Of a DNA stretch of 64,000 nt, positions 39,339-48,419 are shown one piece after another. The first letter of the stretch is position 1. Each line of letters begins with the position of its first letter. The stretch spans positions 26,318-90,317 of the forward strand of contig DAIDIE010000001.1 in NCBI GenBank assembly GCA_027459505.1. The letters are read 5' to 3'. Below the pieces are notes generated by a model that was given only the letters and a program-made list of their open reading frames with translations, did not search any database and was not told where the DNA came from. This DNA comes from Acidobacteriota bacterium. GTDB taxonomy: Bacteria; Acidobacteriota; Terriglobia; Terriglobales; SCQP01. The position numbers were made by a program, and so were the translations under genes.

Positions 39339-39454
39339 CCTCCCGCTCCCATCCGCGAGCCCTCGCCCGAGTTCGCCTCAACGTTGAACGGCACTCCCTA
39401 CATCACCGTCTCGCGCAGGTCGCGCAAGGCTGTCGAAAGACCGTCACGCCCTAC

Positions 39455-39500
39455 GGACAACTGACAACTGTCAACTGACAACTCAACCGACAACTGTCAC
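39455..39500. repeat. GACAAC-type short-period repeat block (family E3)
   Basis: GGACAACTGACAACTGTCAACTGACAACTCAACCGACAACTGTCAC. The left flank ACGCCCTACGGACAACT matches ACGCCCTGCGGACAACT at 43309-43325. Confidence 0.7.
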
Positions 39501-39508
39501 TTCCACTC

Positions 39509-39969
39509 TCAACCCTTTTTCCGATGTCTCCCACTCGGCTTCAGGTGCAGAAAGATGGTTTCTTTCTCGTCGCCATAGACGTGCACCCGCGCCGTGGTGC
39601 TCTGGTATCCACGCGCGGAAATGCTCAGATCATAGTCCGCCGCGCCGGCTGGCACGCGCGCCACAAACTCGCCAATCGCATTGGTGCGCAACCGCATCGC
39701 ACGCGGCGCTTTGCTCTGCGCCTGCGCCGGCGGATGCAACCGGACCGACACCTGCGCCCCCGCTACCCCAAAGCCATCCGGGTTGAAAACTGTGCCGTAA
39801 ATTTCCGCCGTGGCAGGCTGTGCCGGCTGCTTGGCCGCTGCCTTCTGATGGGATCCCCGCCCGCCAACCATGGCCGCGGATACCGCGCGTGCGCCCGGCC
39901 GCGCCCCCGCCGCGACAACTCCCAACGGCAACAGCAACATCGCGGCCGCGACAGAACGGCTAATCACGC

Positions 39970-39973
<4 letters not shown>
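39509..39973 (-). CDS. Secreted carboxypeptidase-regulatory-like domain protein
   Basis: Signal peptide (AAAMLLLPLGVVAAGA), then AEIYGTVFNPDGFGVAGAQVSVRL...ANAIGEFV. The start overlaps the upstream stop (39970-39973). Confidence 0.6.
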
Positions 39974-40389
<416 letters not shown>

Positions 40390-40728
40390 TCTCGTCCTTA
40401 CCTTATTCCGGTCCTGGTGGGGACGCTTGCTCGCGGCCCTAAAAAATTCTAGCCGAGAACGACCAACCCTACCGGCCCTGAGTATTGTTCCGCGCCGTGG
40501 CGCTGACAGGAAGATGCCAACCCCCGACAGGCCAGTTGTACTTGGCCAATCCCGCTTCAGAATAGCCGCACTCAACAACCGTCTGCCGACTGCGCTGCCG
40601 GGGCCTCGGTAACGGGCACCTCCTCACCCCGCCTGTTTGGGGGTAGTCTGAAAGTGTCCACTGGGACTCTAACCCGCCTCGGGTGCACCGCCCTGGGAGA
40701 AGCCTCCAGTTAAGCAAGGAGCAAACCG

Positions 40729-42180
40729 TTGCCCAACCATCCTTCTCTATCCTGGTCCTCTGGCTGGCCTTCTCCGTCCTGGCGTGTTGTTGCCCTTTGC
40801 TCCGCTCTGCTCTCTGTGGCCACCCTCGCCGCCGCCCAGCAACCCAGCGCCTCCGCCTGGACCCACTATCAAGACATGGCGCAGTCCCTGCTGCAGCGCT
40901 ACGTGCGGGTCAACACCACCAACCCGCCCGGACACGAACTGCGCGCCGCCCGTTTCTGGCAGCGCACCTTTCAGCGCGAAGGCATTCCCGGCCAGATCAT
41001 TCCTTTTGCCCCCGGCCGCGCCGATTTCATCGCCGTGCTCCACAGCGACTCCAAGCACCGCCCCATCGTGCTGCTCAATCACGAGGATGTCGTCACCTCG
41101 GTGCCCTCGCGCTGGATGGCGCCCCCCTTTTCCGGCGCCATCGTCCACGGCCAGCTCTTTGGCCGCGGCTCGGAGGACATGAAAGACGAGGGCGTCGCCC
41201 AGGCCATGGCCATGTTCATCCTCCATCGCCAGCACATCGCTTTGCACCGCGATGTGATCTTCCTCGCCGTCGGCGATGAGGAAGTCGATGACCTCGGCGC
41301 CCAGTACATCATTCAGCACAAGCGCGCCCTGCTGCGCAATGCGCGCTACCTGATCACCGAAGGCGGAGAGAACATCCGCGCCAGCCGCAACGGCCCCGTG
41401 CAGTACGTCGGCATCGATATTGCCGAAAAAGCGCCTTATTGGCTGCATCTGGTCGCCGGCGGTCACCCTGGACACGGCGCCCGCCCGGTCCCCAACTCCG
41501 CCCCCAACCGCCTCGTCCGTGCCCTCAACCGGGTGGTGAATTGGCGGACGCCGCTCCACGTCACCCCCGAGGTCGAACAGTTCTTCCGCGCCCTGGCCCC
41601 CATGCAGCCGCCCGCCCGCCGCCAGCAGTTCCTGCACCTGCGCCAGGCCCTCAAAGATCCCGCCTTCGCCGATTGGATCTCGCAACAGACCATGTTCAGC
41701 TACATGCTGCGCGACACCATCAGCCTTACCATGATGCAGGGCTCCCAGCAGACCAACGTGATTCCCGCCCAGGCCTGGGCCAATCTGGATGTCCGCCTGC
41801 TCCCCGGAACCGCCCCCAGCCAGTTCCTTGCCGAAATTGAAAAGGTCATCGACGATCCCGGCATCCAGGTCACCGAGGTGGGAACCTTCCGTCCGCCCAA
41901 CCAGTCGCCCACCACCACCGATCTGTACCGCGACATGGTGGCGGTTTCCCATAAGTATTTTCCCGGAACTCCCGTTACCCCGCGCCTGCTCAGCGGCTTT
42001 ACCGAGAGTGAAATGTTCCGCCGCATCGGTATCGATTCCTACGGCTTTTGTCCTTACGCGGTGACCGAGCCGGAAGCCGATTCGGAACACGCCGACAATG
42101 AACGCATGGACGTTCGCGAGCTGCGCGCCGGTCAGCCCGTGATGTACGACCTGATCCGCCGCATCGCCACACAACCATAA
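40729..42180 (+). CDS. Secreted M20 family metallopeptidase (ArgE/DapE/CPG2-like)
   Basis: Signal-like N-terminus ending ATLAAAQQ. Then TTNPPGHE, VLLNHEDVV, GRGSEDMKDEG and LITEGGE (metal-ligand motifs of M20). Confidence 0.85.
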   Translation: MPNHPSLSWSSGWPSPSWRVVALCSALLSVATLAAAQQPSASAWTHYQDMAQSLLQRYVRVNTTNPPGHELRAARFWQRTFQREGIPGQIIPFAPGRADFIAVLHSDSKHRPIVLLNHEDVVTSVPSRWMAPPFSGAIVHGQLFGRGSEDMKDEGVAQAMAMFILHRQHIALHRDVIFLAVGDEEVDDLGAQYIIQHKRALLRNARYLITEGGENIRASRNGPVQYVGIDIAEKAPYWLHLVAGGHPGHGARPVPNSAPNRLVRALNRVVNWRTPLHVTPEVEQFFRALAPMQPPARRQQFLHLRQALKDPAFADWISQQTMFSYMLRDTISLTMMQGSQQTNVIPAQAWANLDVRLLPGTAPSQFLAEIEKVIDDPGIQVTEVGTFRPPNQSPTTTDLYRDMVAVSHKYFPGTPVTPRLLSGFTESEMFRRIGIDSYGFCPYAVTEPEADSEHADNERMDVRELRAGQPVMYDLIRRIATQP

Positions 42181-42257
42181 CCAGCCGCGCGGCGGCGCCA
42201 AAGTTAACAATTCCGCCGCGCGCCGGCGCCGCTTCTCGCCCGCCACGGCTCAACATC

Positions 42258-42701
42258 ATGACCACTCCTCCGACATCCCGTCCCGTCCTGGGCGTTGGCG
42301 TCATTCTCGTTCACGACGCGCACGTCCTTCTCGGCAGGCGCGGCAAGCCGCCCCTCCAGGGCATGTGGAGCTTCCCCGGAGGCTCGGTGGAATGGGGCGA
42401 AACCGTGCGCGACGCCGCCCATCGCGAGTTCCTGGAAGAGACCTGTCTTGATGTGGAGATTCTGGAGGTGGCCGAAGTCTTTGAGCGGATCGAGCGCGAC
42501 CCTGGCGGCGGCACGCGCTTTCATTTCGTGATTGTCGACTTCATGGCGCGCCTGCGCCGCCAGGCCGACCGCGACTGCGCCCGCGCCGCCACCGACATCA
42601 CCGAGGTCCGCTGGGTGGCGCTGGACGCGGTCTCCTCTCTGGAAGTTACCCCCGGCCTGCTCGAGGTGCTCCAGCGCGCCCGCCAGCGCTTCAACTTTTA
42701 A
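42258..42701 (+). CDS. NUDIX hydrolase
   Basis: Nudix box GGSVEWGETVRDAAHREFLEETCL. Confidence 0.85.
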   Translation: MTTPPTSRPVLGVGVILVHDAHVLLGRRGKPPLQGMWSFPGGSVEWGETVRDAAHREFLEETCLDVEILEVAEVFERIERDPGGGTRFHFVIVDFMARLRRQADRDCARAATDITEVRWVALDAVSSLEVTPGLLEVLQRARQRFNF

Positions 42702-43075
42702 GCGCTGGACTTCTTCCCCAGCCGCCAGCCGCGGCCCCATTCATACGCCGTTACGTGCAGCAATCCCCCCATGATGGCAATGTTCTTCAAAACCTCCATC
42801 TGTTGAAAGCCCGGCGCGATGTGCCCGTAATAGGTGGCGCCCACCAGATAAATGGCCATAATCAAGGCCACCAGCCCCGCCCGCAAGCCAATAATCAGCA
42901 GGATGCCGCCAACCAGCTCGACCACGATGGCAATCACCGTGGCCAGCCCTGGCGCGGGCATATGGCTGTGCGCGAAGTAACCGGCGGTACCGTGGAAGCT
43001 CCGCAGCTTGTTGAAGCCGCTCAGAACGAAAATCAGGGCCAGCAGGACGCGTGAAAAAATCACCAATGGACGCAC
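42698..43075 (-). CDS. DoxX family membrane protein
   Basis: 125 aa with four hydrophobic helices; RVLLALIFVLSGFNKL is typical of DoxX. The stop overlaps the convergent NUDIX stop by 4 nt. Confidence 0.8.
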   Translation of the reverse strand: MRPLVIFSRVLLALIFVLSGFNKLRSFHGTAGYFAHSHMPAPGLATVIAIVVELVGGILLIIGLRAGLVALIMAIYLVGATYYGHIAPGFQQMEVLKNIAIMGGLLHVTAYEWGRGWRLGKKSSA

Positions 43076-43316
43076 GGCGGTCCTCCCTAAAACAAAGGCT
43101 TACAGGCGAGCCTCGCCGCCGAAAGAACCTTACCGGTTCCTCCCGGCCCCGAAGCTGCCACTTTGGATGCAAACCACACACCAAACGTTGGCACCACTGT
43201 TGCCTGCGATCCAGCACTCGCTTGAACACCCGGAAACCGCCCCATGATCCCATCTACTGCGGCCGACGCCCCCCGCCCGAGTCATGCGCGACACCCAACC
43301 AGCCGCAACGCCCTGC

Positions 43317-43347
43317 GGACAACTTCAACCGGTAACTGACAACCGCC
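43317..43347. repeat. Short copy of repeat family E3
   Basis: GGACAACTTCAACCGGTAACTGACAACCGCC with the same left flank as the 39455 copy. Confidence 0.55.
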
Positions 43348-43485
43348 ACCCGACCACTGCCCCACGCCCATGGCATCGCCGGCGCGCAGAATCCGCCGCA
43401 CGCCTCATGCGATTGGGAGTCCGTTGTATCCCAAACATGGCAAAGCACTTGTATTGAATGGAGGAGGCGGTCGGAGGGGGGTGTT

Positions 43486-43562
43486 TGGTAGCGCCAGCGG
43501 GATTCGAACCCGCGATCTTCGCCTTGAGAGGGCGACGTCCTGGGCCGCTAGACGATGGCGCC
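43486..43562 (-). tRNA. tRNA-Glu: tRNA-Glu (anticodon CUC), CCA encoded
   Basis: The reverse complement folds as a cloverleaf. Acceptor GGCGCCA/TGGCGCT. D-arm GTCT-AGCGGCCCA-GGAC. Anticodon arm TCGCC-CTCTCAA-GGCGA. T-arm GCGGG-TTCGAAT-CCCGC. Discriminator A plus CCA. The TCGTCTAG..GGCCCAGGAC region is characteristic of bacterial tRNA-Glu. Confidence 0.9.
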
Positions 43563-43661
43563 ACGCCCGTGGAGTGCTCTACTAGAGTACCAAAGCCCCC
43601 AGCAACTGCCAAACCGCGCGGCTCCGAGCCATTCGCAGCAAGGCTGGCGCGAACTGACCTC

Positions 43662-44936
43662 TCACGCAATCACCGGCAGCGCCATGGCATAACTAATCTT
43701 CAGCTTCGCCTGTGCCGTGCGCAGCGCCTGCTCCACCTCCGCCGGCGTCTCCGCGTGGGCAAAGATAAAGCCCAGATACGTTCCCCCTTCCGGCAGCGGC
43801 CGTAGCATCTGTTTCGGCTTTGCCGTGATCAGCACCTCTTCCACCCCAGGCACCTCGCGCGCCCGCTCCACCCCGCTCACCTTCTGCAGCAGTCCCCCAC
43901 TGCCAATGGGAAGCATGAACACACCTCGTGCGCCGCTAAAGTGCAACTGCGCCGGTGCGAATACCTCCGGCAGCAAACGCTGGATCAGCAGCCGCTCCAG
44001 TCCCGGCAGCGTCCGCGCGCACAGCCCGCCTATCGGCCGCGGCGCGGTCTCCAGCACATACGCCCGGCCGCCGCTCCATCGCACCTCGGCGTGCACCGGC
44101 CCATGCGCCAGTCCGCTGGCGCCCAGCGACGCGCGCACCGCCTGCTCGATCAGCTTCTGATCGCGTTGCGGCAGCCGCGATGGCGTAACGTAAATCGTCT
44201 CCTCAAAAAACGGCCCGTCCAGCGGATCGGGTTTGTCGTAGAGCGCCAGCGTCTCCAGCCGCCCTTCCCGCACGAACCCTTCCAGCACAAACTCCGGCCC
44301 GGGAAGGAAGTCCTCCACCAGAATGGTCTCCGCCGCGCTCGCGCCAGTTGACCGGATGGCCGGCTCCAGCAGAAGCTCGCGCGTGCGCTGAAACGCGGTG
44401 ATGAACTCCGCCGGATTGTTGGAGCGGATCACACCACGGCTGCCCGACAGATGCAGCGGCTTGCTGACCACCGGATAGTGCAGTCCCGCCGCCGTCCGCG
44501 CCAACTCCGCCGCGCTGATCTGCAGCGGCAGCAGGCGGTGCGCCGGCGCCGGCAAGCGCGCCGCCAGGTGCGCCATCCGCATCAGGTTCTTCCGCGTGCA
44601 AACCTGAACCGCCTCGGGCGTGGCGCCTCGCACGCCCAACCCGCGCGCCAGTTCGGCCGCGGTCAACGCCGCCCGGTCATCCAGCGCCAGCACCGCCGTA
44701 TTCTCCGCTCGGATGTCGCTCCACCGCCGGCGCAACGCCTCCAGCACCGGGGCCTGCGAGCCGGCCTCTTCAAACCGCACCGCCAGCGCCTGGTCTCCCC
44801 AGGGATCGTCCAGGTGCGAGCAGCGGTCCGAGACCAGGGCGCAGTCCACGCCCAGGCTAGCCGCCGCTTCGCGAAACGCCTGCGCCTGGTACCCCAGCTT
44901 GTTGGTCACCAGCACGAGTTGGGCTTTGCTCTCCAT
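43662..44936 (-). CDS. ATP-grasp enzyme (L-amino-acid-ligase / carnosine-synthase-like architecture)
   Basis: ATG 44936 (MESKAQLVLVTNKLG) lies 5 nt after the extended radical SAM stop. Motifs YPVVSKPLHLSGSRGV, ILVEDFLPGPEFVLEG and GPVHAEVRW...YVLETAPRPIGG are ATP-grasp hallmarks. The track start GTG 44993 is rejected. Confidence 0.8.
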   Translation of the reverse strand: MESKAQLVLVTNKLGYQAQAFREAAASLGVDCALVSDRCSHLDDPWGDQALAVRFEEAGSQAPVLEALRRRWSDIRAENTAVLALDDRAALTAAELARGLGVRGATPEAVQVCTRKNLMRMAHLAARLPAPAHRLLPLQISAAELARTAAGLHYPVVSKPLHLSGSRGVIRSNNPAEFITAFQRTRELLLEPAIRSTGASAAETILVEDFLPGPEFVLEGFVREGRLETLALYDKPDPLDGPFFEETIYVTPSRLPQRDQKLIEQAVRASLGASGLAHGPVHAEVRWSGGRAYVLETAPRPIGGLCARTLPGLERLLIQRLLPEVFAPAQLHFSGARGVFMLPIGSGGLLQKVSGVERAREVPGVEEVLITAKPKQMLRPLPEGGTYLGFIFAHAETPAEVEQALRTAQAKLKISYAMALPVIA

Positions 44937-44941
44937 GACGC

Positions 44942-46426
44942 TCAAATCAGACGGGCAAACTGCTCGTCGGTAGGCTCGCTTCAACAGAACCACGGCTCAT
45001 TTAAATACGGAATCGTCGCCCGCGCGGGCAGCACCACACCCGCCGCCGCGGCCAGTGGGGCGGCTTGCTGGTCTTCTTCGGCCTCGGCCGGAGTCTCAGC
45101 TACAGACTCCACCGCCCGCGTCAGGTTTCGCACCGCCGCAAAAATTCTTTCCCGCGTGGCCGCCACGCTGTTGGCCACCGCCGTCCCCGGCGCCGTCGCC
45201 GTTTGCACCAGTTCCTGCACCCGCAGGCACAGCTCATCAACCCTCGAGTCGGTGTGCCGCCATTCGTAGCTCAACTGCCGCGCGTTGAACTCGCCCAGCC
45301 AGCCCTCTTCCCGTCCCAGTTCCAATAGCCCGGAACCCTCGGGCAGCAATAGCCGCACCGCCAATTGAATGGGCGCCACCTGCGCTTCCAGCTCCAGCCG
45401 CTGCAACGCGTCGAGCATGCGCTGGTAGCTTTCCAGGCTGGTCCAGGGCGTGAAGGCGACCAGGGTCGGGTTCAGCGCTATCCCGTGCCGCCGCACCAAT
45501 TCCACCGCGCGCTCCACGTCCGCGCGCGTGTGCCGCTTTTGCAGCCGTTCCAGTACAGTATCGTCAAACGACTCCACCGCGCTGGTAATCAGCGCACATC
45601 CCGTGGCCTGCAATTCCGGCAGCAGCTCCGCATGTTGCAGCAGGTGCTCGACCTTTATAGTCGCGTCATAGGTGACTTCCGGAAACCGCGCATGCAGCCC
45701 TCGCACCACGCGCAACGCATGCGTGGGCCCATTCAGAAAATCAGGATCGCCGAAGGTGATGTGCTGCGCGCCCGCCTCGACCTGCTGCGCAATGTCGGCC
45801 AGCACCACCTCCGGCGCCACCACCCGGAACTGTCCCTGGTACACCGGAACGATGGGGCAGTGCCGGCAGTGGTGCTTGCAGCCACGGCTGGCCTCCGTGT
45901 AACCCACCAGCTTAGCCGCTCGCCCCTCCTGCTCCAGTTGTGCATAGCGGGAGAGAGGCGGTAATCCCACCCGTTCGGGTGGCACAAACGCCAGCCGCGG
46001 CACGCTCTGCCCTGCCTCAGCCGCCTCGCGCTCGCCCTCCACCCGGCCGTCACGCAGCGCCACCGCCAGCCGGCATAGCTCTTCTTCAAATTCCCCGCCG
46101 AGAACGCTGGCAAAGCCGTGCGCGCGCAAGAAGCGCGCATTCAGCGGCGCGTACAATCCATAGGCCGCCAGGTGCGCGGACCCGTTGAGTTCTTTCAACC
46201 GCGGCGCCAATTGCATGGCCAAGCGCGTCGCCGTGTGCATCGGCAGGTGGATGGCGATCAGGTCGGCCCCCCTCACCGCTTCCATCACCTGCGTTTCGTT
46301 CAGCGGCTGGCGCGAAAGATCAAACACCTCTACCGCGATCCCTGCGCGCCGTAGCCACGCCGCCGGCGAGGCCAGCCCAAAGGGCTGCCGTCCCATCTCG
46401 TAGGTGGCCATCAAAACAGCACGCAT
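44942..46426 (-). CDS. B12-binding-domain-like radical SAM protein, predicted selenoprotein (TGA 44981-44983 read as Sec; tail ...EPWFC-U-SEPTDEQFARLI)
   Basis: Radical SAM cluster motif SRGCKHHCRHCPIV (CX3CX2C). N-terminal MRAVLMATYEMGRQPFGLASPAAWLRRAG...DLIAIHLPMHTA region. An in-frame TGA directly after Cys is followed by 12 sense codons and a second TGA at 44942-44944. There is a hairpin 12 nt downstream of the first TGA. See findings. Confidence 0.7.
44950..44983 (-). other. Candidate Sec codon (44981-44983) plus SECIS-like hairpin (44950-44968)
   Basis: mRNA: UGA AGCGAGCCUACC GACG(A)GCA-GUU-UGC(C)CGUC. It has 7 base pairs with one A/C mismatch and G and U in the apical loop. The stem starts 12 nt after the UGA. 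Confidence 0.5.
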
Positions 46427-46587
46427 ATTTCGATCATAAAACGTGCGCAACGCTCCCGGGAATTTACACACCCTGCTGGCCGTCAATCCCGCGCCGGATC
46501 AGGTACGATTAAGTACGCATCACGTCCACGACGATGGAGACGAACCCGGGCTTCGGCCACGCCGCCGAGGTAGTGTATTTTCCCCGC

Positions 46588-47784
46588 ATGGCCCCCAACT
46601 TTGAACGCAGACTGTTTGACCTGATCGAGAGCGTCTCGCGCGCCGAGCGCGACGGCTCGTTCTCCAACGCGCTGGCCGACAGCATCATGCGCGAATTCGG
46701 CCCCAGCCTCAAACTGCGCTCGGTGGCCATCTTCCGTCCGCAAGGCCTGCGCTACGAACCTACCTACTGCGCCGGCGAGCCGCTCTGGGATGTCGTGGAT
46801 GGCTCCCTGTCCACGCGCACCGTGCAGCGCCGTTTGCAGGGACAACTGTGGTGGGTGCAGCGCGGCCTCAAACGCGTCACCCCGCAACAGACCGAGTGGT
46901 TCGACCTCATCCTCATCCCCGTCGCCCGCAACCTGCAGTTCATCATCGGTCTGCTCACCAACTCGCTGGCCGGCGATGAGGGCGAGGAGCGCGAAACCAC
47001 TTTCCACGTCATGGGCCAGTTGATCCGGCTCTTTGTCGATCGCCACCACCAGCGCCAGCGCCTGCAGGAGATTCTCACCCTCGCCCGCCAGCAACAGCTC
47101 AGCCTCCTGCAGCCGGAGTTGCCGCGCATTCCCGGCTTCCAGGTCGCGGGTGTATCGCTCCCCAATCAGGAAGTGGGAGGCGATTACTTCCAGGTCATCA
47201 AGCTGGCCCCGGATTTGTTCGCGCTGGCGCTGGCCGACGCCAAAGGCAAGGGCTTTGAAGCCGCCGTGCAGGTTACCGGCCTGCATGCCGGGCTGCGCGT
47301 GGTCAGCGAAACCCCCTTCAAGGTCTCCCACAAAGTGGGCCTGCTCAACCGCAGCCTCGCCCAGGGCGATGAAATGCGCAACCTGGTCTCGCTGTTCTAC
47401 GCCGAACTCGACACCCAGGGACGCCTGCTTTACGTCAACTGCTCGCACCCGCCGCCGTTCGTGGTTCGCGCCGGCGGTGTCATTGAAGAACTACCCGACG
47501 GTGGCATGTTCCTCGGCCTCAGCCCCGACAGCATTTACCGCATCGGCATCTTCGAGCTGCGCCCTGGCGACGTGCTGGTCGTCTACTCCGACGGCTGGAG
47601 CGAGTTGTTCAACGATCAGGGCGAGGAGTTCGGCGCCGACCGCTTACGCGAAACGCTGCGCCAGGTGCACCGCTGGGAACCCCAGGCCGTCATCGACCTC
47701 ATCCAGGCCAGTTGCGACCAGTTCCGCGGCGAAGCTCCTTACCAGGACGACCGTACGCTGCTGGTGCTCAAACGCGATGGATAG
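46588..47784 (+). CDS. PP2C/SpoIIE-family serine phosphatase with N-terminal GAF-like sensor region
   Basis: C-terminal half has GGDYFQV, ALADAKGKGFEAA, VYSDGWSE and QDDRTLLVLKR. Start ATG 46588 is preferred. Confidence 0.8.
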   Translation: MAPNFERRLFDLIESVSRAERDGSFSNALADSIMREFGPSLKLRSVAIFRPQGLRYEPTYCAGEPLWDVVDGSLSTRTVQRRLQGQLWWVQRGLKRVTPQQTEWFDLILIPVARNLQFIIGLLTNSLAGDEGEERETTFHVMGQLIRLFVDRHHQRQRLQEILTLARQQQLSLLQPELPRIPGFQVAGVSLPNQEVGGDYFQVIKLAPDLFALALADAKGKGFEAAVQVTGLHAGLRVVSETPFKVSHKVGLLNRSLAQGDEMRNLVSLFYAELDTQGRLLYVNCSHPPPFVVRAGGVIEELPDGGMFLGLSPDSIYRIGIFELRPGDVLVVYSDGWSELFNDQGEEFGADRLRETLRQVHRWEPQAVIDLIQASCDQFRGEAPYQDDRTLLVLKRDG

Positions 47785-47856
47785 CGCAATCGTGACGGTG
47801 CTCAGCCCTGGCTCTGCCCTGTCCCTTTAAATCCCCTCGCCCCGGAGGCATGCATT

Positions 47857-48366
47857 ATGGATTCCAGCTCCCAGAGCTTCCTCGAACTATCCCGCCAGCA
47901 ATTCCTGCAGTGGATACCGCGCCTGCGCGCCGCCGTCGAGCCCCTCTCCCCCGAACAACTCTGGTGGCGGCCTAACCAACACTCCAACAGCGTTGCCAAC
48001 CTGCTGCTGCATCTCAATGGCAACGTTTCGCAATGGCTGTTGGCCAACGTTGGCGGGCTGCCCTATGAACGCCATCGTCCGGAGGAGTTCAGCGCCCGTG
48101 GGACGGCGACCGCGGCCGAGCTCCTGAATCCGTTGCAGGCCACCCTGGAACGCGCCGCGGAGATCCTCGCCACGCTGTCCGAAGAGGCCTTGCGGCGCGA
48201 ACACAGCATTCAGGGCTACGCGGTCAACGGAATGGCGGCCATCTACCACGTGGTCGAGCACTTCAGCATGCACTATGGCCAGATTCTCTACGTCGCCAAA
48301 TTGCTGCAGGATCGCGACCTCGGCTTTTACGCCCACCTCAACCGCGCTAAAACCGCTCAGCAGTGA
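47857..48366 (+). CDS. DinB/DUF1572 family protein
   Basis: Four-helix-bundle His pattern: NSVANLLLHLNGN ... HVVEHFSMHYGQI. Confidence 0.75.
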   Translation: MDSSSQSFLELSRQQFLQWIPRLRAAVEPLSPEQLWWRPNQHSNSVANLLLHLNGNVSQWLLANVGGLPYERHRPEEFSARGTATAAELLNPLQATLERAAEILATLSEEALRREHSIQGYAVNGMAAIYHVVEHFSMHYGQILYVAKLLQDRDLGFYAHLNRAKTAQQ

Positions 48367-48381
48367 CCCTAGCGCTGCGCG
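48326..48381. repeat. Left copy of 56-bp direct repeat (contains the DinB-family stop and a 4-codon aroA-tail remnant)
   Basis: TTTACGCCCACCTCAACCGCGCTAAAACCGCTCAGCAGTGACCCTAGCGCTGCGCG is 54/56 identical to 59465-59520. The offset is 11,139 bp. Confidence 0.9.
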
Positions 48382-48419
48382 CCTTCCACACCATGGCGCG
48401 TGTCGACGATCAACCGCAC

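Noticed and set aside
43486-43562. tRNA-Glu, considered as an island integration site or as a substrate donor for the adjacent ATP-grasp/radical SAM pair.
   Set aside because: No direct repeat of the tRNA 3' end and no integrase are nearby. ATP-grasp enzymes do not use aminoacyl-tRNA. Adjacency alone is insufficient, so it is mentioned only as context.
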